This document shows positions 43,597 to 54,943 of a stretch of DNA of 64,000 nt, in pieces (position 1 is the stretch's first letter; each line of letters opens with the position of its first letter). Below the pieces are notes generated by a model, which ran no database searches, was not told the origin of the DNA, and saw only the letters and a program-made list of their open reading frames with translations. A program made the position numbers and the translations under genes. This stretch comes from Moniliella sp. 'wahieum'. Taxonomy: Eukaryota. The stretch is taken from positions 310,001 to 374,000 of the forward strand of contig RSEE01000003.1 of the NCBI GenBank assembly GCA_003971905.1. The letters are read 5' to 3'.

Positions 43597-45268
43597 ACAG
43601 GTGCCTCGATCTCGGTAGCGGTCAAGGTCGAAGCTAGAGTGCGCTTGCTCTCCTTACAGGACGAAGACGGGCCCCACCCCGGTCCTAGTCAGTCGGCCTT
43701 GTGGGACGCAGTTCACTCTTTCGCTTCGTATGCACTCTGCACGCATCGCTGTGTCGCATCTTTGCTCCGGCTCCCCCCTATGGTAGACGTCGCTTGCTGC
43801 TGCTGGACGTTGTCTCGAAAAATACGATGGGATCGTCATGCCCTCTCTGTATGGGTCTTGTGGTTTTCGCTGCAGCGTAGCGATCCGAACGGTGCATTGA
43901 TGTTGATAGATTGGTTGGAACGGACACTAGGGTGGCGTTCTTTGCCGGGTGAGTGTGTTTGCGCATGGGGCACGCCAGAACTACTTTCGGACGGAAACTG
44001 TTGTGTTGGATAGAGGGCACATCGGATTGGGAGATCGGTAGGAAGGCGCGGGGGGGGCGGAGCACAGGACAGTGTCTAGCTCGGTGGGAGAAAATCTCTC
44101 CTAAATTACACTACTTGACGCGCCAACAACTGAGCGACCTCTGTTGGTATGACAGTGCTGATGCGATTCTCATCTCGGCGCCCACCTCAGATCCCAGTCT
44201 TGGACATGTGACTTCTGCATAACGCAGCGCTTGAATACATGCAGAAGAACAGCAGGCAAGAGGTCCCGAGACCAAAGTGTATTAATGACAGGGGGTCGGG
44301 GCGATCCAATTGAAACGACTTGCCAAAAGCCATAGCGAAGCCAAGTGGGTTGCATGGCGTGCTTCTTACGGCTTGGGCTGCACGCGGCTTCGGCAGACGA
44401 AACGAGGACGCGCTGGCGGTGGGCAGAGGTTGCCGCAAGGCGGTCGATTAGAGCCCCTGAGGCTGAGGCTGAGGCAGAACGCCAGAGGCCCGAAGCAATA
44501 TGTGGTTGGTTGGTGAGACGGCTGAGAAGGGAGGCCTGGGGGCCTGAGGGCAGAGAGGGTGGAGGCTTGTGTTGTGTGGGCTGGGTTGGATGGGCAAGGC
44601 ACGACGGTGGCAGTGAGGGCCACACCGGCTGTGGCTGCAGCCGGCACCGGCACAGGAGCGCGACAGCCTCCCACCGAGTGCAGCCGCTGTGCACTGGAGT
44701 ACTGAGCAATATCCTGCCTGCTGTTACATGTTCCTTGCAGACGGCGGCCCAGGCAAAGCGCTGGTGTCGCCGGCAGTCGCCGGCTGCGGGGGTGGGAAGG
44801 CTGGGGTAGCCGGTGGCCAGGCTCCGGCGTCCGCTGGCCATCCGCATCCAAAGTTCCTCTGCAGGAGCAGCATGCATATTGCATGCGCATGACGTCAGTG
44901 CAACAGACGAGCCATGGCGTCAGCGCTCAGCCTCACTAGTCACTTCATCATTGCGGCCGCGTTTGTGCCGGACGCCCAAAGTCTGCTGCCGCCCTGGGCC
45001 AGGCGATGGTCTGGCTCGGAGAAATAGCCTCCGCAGAGGGGCAGTGTGCGTGCGGCCTACCTAGTCCCTCTAGCGCCTAACCCCGCCTTGCCCGCCGCCC
45101 AGCACAGCGGCAGTGTCCCCCAGCACGACCGCAGCCACCCTCCCCCCGCATTTTTTCCGCCCCCCCTGTTCTGTATGGGTCGCGCAAGTTGCCACCCGCC
45201 TCGCCTTCTGCACATTCTTACCACCACTACCACCCGCTCCCACCATCTTCCCGCCAGTTCATTCCACC

Positions 45269-46061
45269 ATGGTATTTGGCCTCGCTATCGCACGCGAGCA
45301 CTCCATTGCTGAAGAGCCTCGCGGCCGTTCGGGTCGCATCCCCCCGTCACCACGGGCCGCGGTGGCGCGGGCAACGTGCGTATCCTGTCCCCACTCTCGC
45401 CTTGCTCCTGCCACTAACATGTACTGTCTCGTCACGGCAGATGGTACGTTCGCCCTCGCGTGGTCGCCCAGGGCCCGACGCGGAGGAGATTGCAGCCTAC
45501 CAGATGACGGCCGACCACCCTCCCACCACCTTTTTCCGGCCGCGGCGGTGGGGCAACGTTCGCTCCCCCTCCCGAGACCCGGACGAGCGGGCACGGATTG
45601 CGAACGAGGAGCAACGCGACCAAGAACTTCAAGAAGAGTACCGCAGGCAAGAAGCGGCTGCACCCCATTATGCGCCCACGGGTCGAGGTGGCCGCGGCAA
45701 CATTCATGCAGAAGGGTCCCTGGACAGGTCGCTTTCGGAGCCGCACGAGCAACAGCCAAGAGCGTGGTCGCCGGGAAGGTCCTGTTGGATCGGTACGTTT
45801 GTGATTCTGCACGGATGAGCTGTTCTAACCCTGTATACCCACTAGTTTTCCGCTCCCTTTCCGTTCTCGATCTCGTGAGACATCGGCTCAGCGACGGGGA
45901 AGCGACGCGGGCGAGTCACCCAGTCGGAATCAGGTTGGGGTGCCATTATCTGCTACTGCTTCGGCCCCCGTGGAACACGCACGAGGCGTACCCATTGCCT
46001 CAGAGCTAGCGGATGTGGATGAGGGCCCAGAAGCCAGCGACAGCAACGAGGCCTGTCCTAG
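45269..46061 (+). CDS. Small protein with repeated GRGGxGN motifs (DUF3602-like)
   Basis: TGRGGAGN(intron)MVRSPSR; GRGGGGNVRSPSRDP; TGRGGRGNI; two introns. The end is uncertain. Confidence 0.6.
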
Positions 46062-46443
46062 TCAGCGTACCCCAAGTTGGCCCGCTTCACGTTCAACAGG
46101 TGCCAACCATTTTTCTGTTTTCTTTGTTCAGCCTCTAGCCTTCATATGTACTCGATGGAATTCGAGTTGGGCAAGAGACCTCGCGTGCTCGTGGCCATGC
46201 ACCCCGTTGCTGCAACCCCAAACAGCCACGGCAAAACGGTTATAACACCCTTGCGGCCTAATTTTTCACCTGCGCTCTCCGTGCTTGCCCCGAAACCTTC
46301 CTTGCTTTGCTTCCTACGTGTCATCCTGCACCGACCCCTTTCTCATTGATCCCACTTTACCTACTTTCTTGTAGTCCTAGGAACACAAAATCAGAAAACG
46401 TAAGCATGAAATGTCGATGGGCACCCTCGGGGGTCTACCACCA

Positions 46444-47104
46444 TCAGGCCAGGCCAGGGGGAGTATCATGGCGTGCGATCTCCTGTCGCTTTTCCTTGCC
46501 CACAAGGCTTCGGCAATTGTCAGAGCAAACTCAAAAGTGGTACCAGGGCCTCGGGAAGTGATAAGGTGTCCGCCTGACACGCGCTGTTCTGATAGTAAAC
46601 AAAGTCATCTGCAGCTGCGCCTTGACCGAGGGATGGGAGGTCAGAGACTTGTCCGTGATGCCGCCGCCTTGGCCGCAAGAGGGCCAGCACAAATAAAGGC
46701 GACCACCTTCCCCCTGATCATAGGCTGCTTGAGCAACGCCGTCACCTCCGAGTGTTCGCCAACGTATCAGCCCCAGGCATTCCACCAGGGACAATGTACG
46801 CGTCGTACCCTACGCTGGTGTGTGCGCCCTCCAAATCAGTGAGGTAGAGGTCGGGGACAATCTTAACCCCCCGCGAGCAGGTGGCATACGCCGGCTTCTG
46901 CTCTGCCATCCACTCCCCGGCTTGCCCACATAAGCGGACGTGACAGAAACGCCGGCACGGACTGGACACGTTATGGAGGTCAACAGGCCGCCTCGCAGGG
47001 CTGGGCGCCAGGCCAGATGACTACGCACCCAGCACATCATATGTGGTGGTAAACTCAATCTCCTCCGAGCCATCGGCAAGGAAAATCAATGCGGTTTTGC
47101 CCAT
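46444..47104 (-). CDS. DJ-1/PfpI family protein (YajL/PARK7-like)
   Basis: MGKTALIFLADGSEEIEFTTTYDVL(intron)VRAG; CSRGVKIVPD; YDAYIVPGGMPGA; ICAGP; LITSRGPGTTFEFAL. Confidence 0.9.
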
Positions 47105-47429
47105 TGTGGTACTGCGGTAACCGCCTGGCGAGACAAAAGAGGAGGTGGTGGGGGCACAAACGCAGACGGGAAGTCGCAAGTGGTTTGCTGAGGCCGACAG
47201 GCGGTCGGTGCGCACGCCGCGCAGGCGTCCGTCAGCATCGCCTTACCGGATATGATCGCGGAGCCCGCTTGGTAACGTGGAACTGCATGCAACCCTATTG
47301 TGTATTACGCAATCATTTCTAGGGTTGGTGTCGCTGGCAGCATGTCTACGCCCCCGTGCCTCATCGCGTGTCCGGCGGTCTGGTTGCGCGGCGGAGCCAG
47401 CAGGTATAACCGCGTTCGCGCCGCGCATC

Positions 47430-48620
47430 CTCTTGCTTCTCTTCTCCCAAGTCGGGCACCCACATCGATCTGCACTTCCCGTCTGGCGCTGCGCTTCGGC
47501 GCGGACCGACGGGGGGCGTAGACGATCCTAACCCTAAGGTTGAACCAAATTGCGTAGCCGCCGACTGGTCCTGGGTGTCTGGTTTGCGGGCCGGGTGCGC
47601 TCCTCCTACCGGATTAGGGACGGGCAAGCCGGCGAGCATGCGTCGTTCCACTTGTGGCGTCCCCTGTGGGGACGTTCCTTGGTTTGACGATCCTCGTGCT
47701 TCTCATTCCTCGCTCATGGGCTTTGGCCTTTTGGGTAGGGGGGGGGAGTGACCGCACCAGATATTCATGTCGGTATCGCGCCACGCCTATCCTCTGCCAG
47801 TTGATGCCTTGAGGTGTCTATCGGGTGCGACTTTCCAGCTTTGCTGCCGTTTTCGGTCCGCACCCCTGGTCGTGCCGGCGACCAGAAAGTTCTCTCCTTG
47901 GGGCAACCCTTTGCTGGGGAACAAGCTAAAGCGTGGACTGTGCCTTCAGAGGGCCTTGCAGGGTGGCCGGCAGGTGGAGCCGCAAGGCCGCCCGCCCTTC
48001 ATCCTCTTGGCTTAGACTTTTGATCTCCCTGCTCGGTGGATGCACGGCGCCCTCGGGGCTGAGTGGTCGCCAGCACTCTTACTTTTCGCCTCCCATGCGG
48101 GTTAGGGAGGTGGGGAGTGGGAGTGCTCTCGCGTTTAGCCGTGTTAGAGCTGCGTGCTCGCCTTGCTCGCCTTCTGCCTCGGCCCTTGGGCTTGGGGTGG
48201 GGGCAGGGAATATTTTTGCACCCCGTTCCGGATGGACGTGTCTGTCTGGTTCTACTCTACAATGCCATTACGCTTGTGCTCTGTGGCGCAGCGTTTCTTG
48301 TCGACGGGTTTTTGGTCGCATTGAGACGATCGACTTTGTTCCAATTGTAGCAGGATCCAGAAGTGGTCAAGGAAAGATCGCGGGGGGGACGGAGGGACCG
48401 ACGTGTTGGAGCATTAGTAGTCGCATGTTGAGCTACCGCGGGTTGCTCGTTAGCGTGCTTTGGCCCAAGGTCCCTTCAGTCCTTCCTCAGGCCTACTAAG
48501 GAGTTCCGTTCTCTCGCACCCGTTTCCTTGTTCCGCAGCCAAGCCCCTAGTGGCGACGGGCTGCTTGATGTTCCTCTGAAGGCGTTGTTTAGCTTAGACT
48601 ACAGCCACCACCACGAGTGG
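47430..48620 (+). ncRNA. Candidate telomerase RNA (TER); ends not defined
   Basis: Template CCTAACCCTAA at 47527-47537, two nt after a hairpin (47480-47524) with a C(UUCG)G tetraloop. Candidate pseudoknot at 47823-47889. 23-bp helix at 48072-48127 with 6 G-U pairs. Multibranch domain at 48382-48487. No credible ORF. Confidence 0.62.
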
Positions 48621-50939
48621 GATTGCGCCACCCTCGAGGACAACCCGGACTTCGGATCTCACTGGCATCGCAGATTTGTTAAGCCTCCCACGCTCCTGAA
48701 GCACAACAGGCACACCACTGTCGAGACGAAGGTTCGCCTGGAGAGGGTGCTGAACTGGACCCAGCTATGTCGAAACTGTGTGACAAAGTGTATTCCACGC
48801 CATGCTTCTGAAACGCATAACATTCGCACAAATAAGGGCATTGGGAAGCCTGATGAACAGTGGCCAATGACTAAATGATCGGGAAGACTTACTGGAATAG
48901 AGCAACTCAGTAACAGGGTGGCCGTGAAGGAAACGAGAAAGGAGTCTGGACATAAAAGCAGGTCGGTCAGTACACCCAATCGTTTGAGCAAAAACATCAA
49001 TTGAGGGCAGGCTGGGAAGTCTCAGACTTCCAAGGAAGGTCTGTGGGCCGTCACTGGGCAAGGCAGGCTTCAACTCGAGGTCAATGCAAACGGACCAATT
49101 CAGTGGGCCGCTGGAGACGCATAACTGGGTTCGTACACGCCCCCACCCCGCACCCGAAGGCCAGAGGGGATGGACACCACCGACATGCCGAAAAGCACGA
49201 GTCCTCTCGACCAAGAGGAGCACTATTGCCCCCACCCACGAGGGGTGGCTTGCGTGCCCTACAGTGGAAACTGCGAATTTGGTTGGATACCAGGTGTATC
49301 GATCATCGACAACCCAGCCTTGCGAAACGGCGAGCAAACATACCAGTTGTTGTTTTGTGCGGGCTCCTCGACCGACGGGTGGAGGGAGAATGTACGTTGA
49401 AGCTACCAATCAAGGCAATGGACGTTAGTAACGATGTATGATGCAAACGAGAAGGATCAGACAACGAGGTGCTGGCAAGCACCGAAGAAAACAATCGTGC
49501 CGAAGCACGTAGCGCCGACGAGACGCCGCCTTGTCGTTTCGGCATGGTCATATAGGCCGGGGCAAGGAAGATGAAGACATCATAAAGAGAGAAGGCCAAC
49601 AACTTACCAGTAAGAGATGGATGCTGGGGGGCGATGGGTGATGGCGGTAGTGGGGGGGGTGGGCTGAGGGGCAATTGGCCCGCCCGCAAACGCCTTTTTA
49701 TCGTGCTGCTCGGTAGGTTGCCTCCACCTGCAAATTTTCTTCGTTGGAAGCAGCCACGTGACCCCTTGGCGCAGGCGGGCGCAGTGCCGAGACAGCCCTT
49801 CCACGCTTATGTCAGAATGGAATCGGCGAACGGGGGGCATAGGGTTAGACGCCTGTGCCACGTCACTAGTCCCTCCAGCGGGCAGAAAGCGCCGAGTCAG
49901 TGTGCGGAAGTGAGCGAGCGGAAAGGACGGGGGTCCTGAATCCTGCGCCGCCGCAGTGGAGCAGGCGGGGGTGTTGGATGGACCAAGTAAGCGGTGGCAG
50001 CGCAAGCAGGGGGGCAGTGTGCGTGTTTAATTGCAGCCTGTGGCGCCCCAAGGCCGAGGGGGGCGCCCCTTGCTTAGAGCACACGCTAGGTGAAATATTG
50101 TGCGGCTGCGCTGCGCTGCGCCGTTCGGGGGCCAAGGCGCACCACCGCCCCACAAGGGCAGCCGCATCCCCAGATGCAAGAGCGACGCATTAAGCGCTAA
50201 GAGCTAAGACCTGGCGCTCAGTCTGAGCCGCTCGAGTCCGGCTTCCAGCTCAGTCAGCTAGTCATAATCAGTCATCGCACCCCGTAGTGGACGTGGAGGG
50301 TGGCAGCCTCCAAGCGCCCCTCTGCATTCGGCCTTCTTCTGGGCCCTCCGTCGTCTCGCTATCGCCATCGCCCTCCCGGTCTTCTGTCCGACCATCCTTC
50401 CGCCCCTGCCGCCCCTACCTCCCAGAACCAGTAGCCCAGCGCACGAGAATGGGTGCAGGCCAGCTGCCCTCGGCCGTTCCCGCCAACACGGCTGTTTCCT
50501 CTCTTGATGGCCGTGTGGCCACCGCCACACCATGTCCCTTGACCGCCGCAAGCCCGCTGGCCCGCCGCCTCCGCCCGGCCTCTACGCTTTTCCGCCGTTC
50601 CCATCGCATTCCTCCCGCCCAGCCCCTAATATACCCTTCGGCCAAGCCGCACCACAGCCCAAACCACCACCAGACCCCCTCTGCCCAGCCGATTAACCCC
50701 CACAGTCATTCGCCCAATAATCCGGCCAATGGAATAGGCCCCTCGGACCCGGCTTGCTCCTTTCTTTCCAATGTCCCCGGCTGTGTTGAAGATGACGTAC
50801 AGAGGGCCTGGGTACGGCTGCTAGTCTTCCTGCTTTTTCCTCGCCCGCGGCTGTGCCTGGGCCAGGCCGAGTTTCCTGGGTTTGCCAGGCTGTTGCAGCC
50901 ATGCATCTCCAGCACACTCCCCTAGGCGAGGGGATAGAC

Positions 50940-53269
50940 ATGCAATCGCCCTTCCATCCCTCCACAGCACCGCCGTTGCCAGTTGCAACAGACATGCCTC
51001 TGCCACATCATCATGTCGACCTTCCGAGGAGACGGCAATCCGTCGGTGGGATACCTTGGCTTGCTGATGGACCACATCGTCCTAAATGCCACATCCGCCC
51101 GAACTCACTTTCGCAACGGTGAGCATATGCAGAGCAAACGATTTCTGGATCAACTGCAGCATGCCCTGGATCAAGTCTTAAACGGTGGCACGTCAAACAC
51201 CCATCTGCCGGAACTTTGCTGCTTGCATCGCATGTAATGGGCGCTGGACCGTCAACACCGTCGGCAGCCTGTCCGGCCATGAGCGCCCTCGACAGCTATG
51301 CCTACCCCAGTGAGAGAGTTGCTAATATACCTATCTTCGATTCTCCTGGGTTGGGAAACGGCGAGCGAGTGATGATGATGACAACATGGACCCAGGCTTG
51401 GTCAAGTTCTTACGTTCTAGCCACATTCAGCATGGGCGCATGCGTCATTCCCTCGTCTACAAGACGGGGTTCACAATGTTTCCATTCCCCAGACATTGCC
51501 AATGGATGGGCTATTAGCTCCATTGACCGCACTATTCCACCCGCGACTGGCAATACGTCCGATGGACTTCTCCTTCTCTCGGCCTCAAACTTCCCTCCTC
51601 GAACGCAAGTGACTCCCCTCATCTGCCTTTAGCCGTGGAGTCTACAGCTCCTGGGGGAATTCATCCGAACCAGTGCTTACAAAACGATTTGAGTACCAAC
51701 ACCGCCAACGAGAGATACCAGTGAACACTGCCTCCTTCACATCCCTCCTCCTTTGGCAACACCTTAGTCGGGGCGATTCGCCTTCAATTCTTCCCATTAC
51801 CAATGTCAAGTCCCTCAGGCGCTTGGTGATGTGACACGGGCCCCGTCCGACCTGAGAGGACAGAGTACTGCCCAGACGCAGATTCAGCGCGAATCGGCCG
51901 CCGCCCACATTATCACCGCTCGTGGTTATGCCTACGGCGCATATGCGCGCCGCATCTGATTCTTACGTTATGGCCCCATCTCTCCTGCGCACTGCGCTTC
52001 CGAGGGTCCCCCTGGCCGTTCCCTCACCCATTTTAGACGATACCCATCTTGAATGTGATGCGGTGGCTTCCTCCGTGAATCCTGACTACGGCTCTGGTTG
52101 GACGAGGTTCTCCTCGAGCTCCTCGATGAGATTTGTTCTGACTGTGAGTAAACCCTCTTTTCTGCTACACGGACGATGTCCATTCTGACCCTCCTTTTTC
52201 TCTCTGTTCAACAGTGGACTTTAAAATAGCGCGGGGGAGCCTGTCTACAACTCTTGATGCCCAAGCGGATGGCTCGACTGGACGAGTCACCTGACTTTCG
52301 TCCGTTCCGGTTCCGGATCAATGCGTTTACCAAGGCGTTCCACGAGCGGGTGTTGCAACGGCAGAAGGGGAACTTGGAGGGAGAGATGACCCTGAAGCAA
52401 CTCAAACTCTACCTCTGGTCTCAGCCTTTGATTTCCCGCTTCAATGAAGATGGGCGCAAGGCCAAGTCGCGCGGGAACCACAATTGGATTATTGATGCGC
52501 GCAAGCGTCCCGAGGGAGGGTGGGAATTTCGCGAGTTTACTCGTCGGATTGCGGGGGGCCGACCCGAGCGTGCCTGAACCAACGATGGGTGTGGAAGTTG
52601 CGGATCTGGGACCCTATCGGGCCGAGCGACGGCATTCAGGCCTCGTATGAAGTCAAGGAGGCACCCAGTTGGGTTCGATGGAGTGATGACAGGGTGCATG
52701 ATACGCTCATTGGTACGCCTACAATGCCAGGGGAGGGAGGGCAGATCACGGTGGTGGCTACCTGTGTCCAAAATGGGCAGCCACAACAGCTCCATCAAAG
52801 TTTTTTCCTCGAAGTCGTCCATGCGGAGCTGATGGATCCCATGGCCTTGACCAATTGCGCCTTGTCCGCCCCACCTGAGGCGACGAGCCGCATTCGGTAT
52901 CCTGGCGATACGGCTTCCTTCGGTACAAGCAGCCGCTCCGCCGCCCCAGCATGCACCCCTGAACCCATCAGCGCTGGCAACATTCCAGTTTCCTCTTCGG
53001 TGTGTCAAACCCAGCTCGGTCCACGAAGTCCCTTTAGCTGCGACTTCGACTTCCTCCGTGGGTTTGAGCCAACTGTCGAATCCGTCAACGAATTCCCAAC
53101 CTCATCCTCATTCGCTCCGTATGGCAATCGAGATGCGTCAACAACACCATGCCAACCAACTTCTCCTTTCTCTCCCAGAGCCGCGAAGTACTGGTTCACA
53201 TCACTCGACTCCTTTTGGCCTAGAAGATGGAGGGGCGCACTAATGGCTCTCTGCGCCACTTCAGCCTGA
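50940..53269 (+). CDS. Conserved basidiomycete protein of unknown function (core 52215-52815; 5' exons uncertain)
   Basis: After intron 52144-52214: FRPFRFRINAFTKAF..YLWSQPLISRFNEDGRKAKSRGNHNWIIDARK..WEFREFTRRI..WVWKLRIWDP..APSWVRW..LIGTP, ending in an Ig-like segment. Confidence 0.55.
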
Positions 53270-53932
53270 GGGAGTGTCCGTCTATTGCTATACGTTCTGC
53301 TGCGGTTGGCCAAGTCCGACTTCCCCCGTTCCTTCTGCTATGCAAGGGACTCGACCGATTCTATTCTCTTGCTGGCAACACTTACCTATGGGTGCCTCGT
53401 TGTGTCGGAGCAGGCTCTCCGTCCTCATTCTGGTACAGCCAACCTTTCGTCGTCGTCGTCATCCAACCCCTCTGGAAGGGGCTCTCCTCCAATCCCATTA
53501 CGCTTCTTGCGCTCCGCCTCCCCTTGGCCGACGGTTGTTCCACTTCTGTGGGCATCTCTAATGGCCATTAGCCTGCAGTTTTTCGGCTCTGTTTTTACTT
53601 GCCCCCTACCGGGTAACAGACCATGTCATCCCAGCCATCATGTGCTTCGCTTGCTCCGTCATCTGTCCTTCTTCACGCTCACGTTACTCATCTTGACCGA
53701 GCTTGCTGGCCCAGCTCAGACCCATCATTGTATTAGTTTTGGCCCCTTAGTGCGCTTCCCCATCAACGGGGGGAGAGGGGTACGTGTGTTCACTCCCCTT
53801 CTTCGGTCCCGACTCATATGTGCAACTGAACGATATCGTTCATGTCCTGAGAGGGGGGGGACATTGGCACGTAGTAATGTAGTAAAAAGGTCATACAGTA
53901 GGTGGAGACCCGGCTAGGGCGAGGGCGAGCCC

Positions 53933-54943
53933 TTACTTGCAGTACTGGTCCCACAGCCATCAATCATCAGTCAGACCATCACGGCAGTTCGCAAAGCAAG
54001 AGGGGGGAAACGTGAGCGTACCTTCTTGACCCACTGAGCGGCCGTTTCATTGTACTGCTTACGGTCGGTCTTGTACTCCTCGGCTAAACGAAGCAAAGTC
54101 AGTATATTGTACCACCGCGCTGGCCACAAGCAAGTGAACAAAGGGGCAACATACCGATCGAAGCGACCAACGCATCGTCCGGGTCGGGCTCGGCAATGAG
54201 TTGCTCAATCGTCAGAAGAACTGGGCAAAGCAAGAAAAGGAACGTCAGCGCTGCGTCTTCCTCATCCCCATAATGGAGAGGAGAAAGGGGGGGACGTACT
54301 AGTGGAAGCCTTGGTTGAAGGTTTCCAAGCTTCGCTTTTAAGCAGCCCGACACACAGGTTTCCGCTGTCGTCGACATTGGGGTGATAAATACGGGTGTTG
54401 AACTTGACCTTGGGCGCGCGGAATGGGTACTCGACGGGAAAGTCGAGCGAGAGCTCAAAGCTACCCTGAGCGTAGGGGCTTTCAGGGGGTCCCTTGATGA
54501 CCGCTGTCCAGGAGTAGAGGTTGTCGCTAGATAAGCATACGTATTAGCCTCCAGAATGTGGTGATGGGTGGATTTGTATGGGGGAGTAGGGGATCAAGAC
54601 GATAGAACATACCCGTTTGGCTCGACAACTTGGGGAATGACAAAAAAGCGATGGAGCGGAGGTAGTAAGACATGGTTAGTACGGAATGTAGATGCCGATA
54701 CGCAGGACATACCAATTCCTTGCAGAGGTTCTTTCTGGAGGTCTTGTAGCTCCTGCCAAACACAAGGTTAGCTCCGACGTTCAGTCACACGATCTGGCGA
54801 ATGGGTTGACGCCAGCGGGCTGTCAGGATGTTGACATTTGCTAACGCTCAAGTGGAGCGTTGACGTTGAAGGCATCACCCAACTAGATAAAAGCAGGGAG
54901 TACGGCCAGAACACACCTTGGTAAGACGACGTGAGCTGGCCAT
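53933..54943 (-). CDS. Ubiquitin-conjugating enzyme E2 (Ubc4/UBE2L3-like)
   Basis: MASSRRLTK|ELQDLQ; GPPESPYAQGSF..FPVEYPFRAPKVKFNTRIYHPNVDDSGNLCVGLLKSEAWKP; EPDPDDAL; multiple short exons; YCK*. Confidence 0.92.

Noticed and set aside
47767..48499. ORFs of 82-188 aa inside the structured region
   Set aside because: Mostly non-ATG starts and no protein-like signature; the G-U-dependent helices argue for an RNA function.
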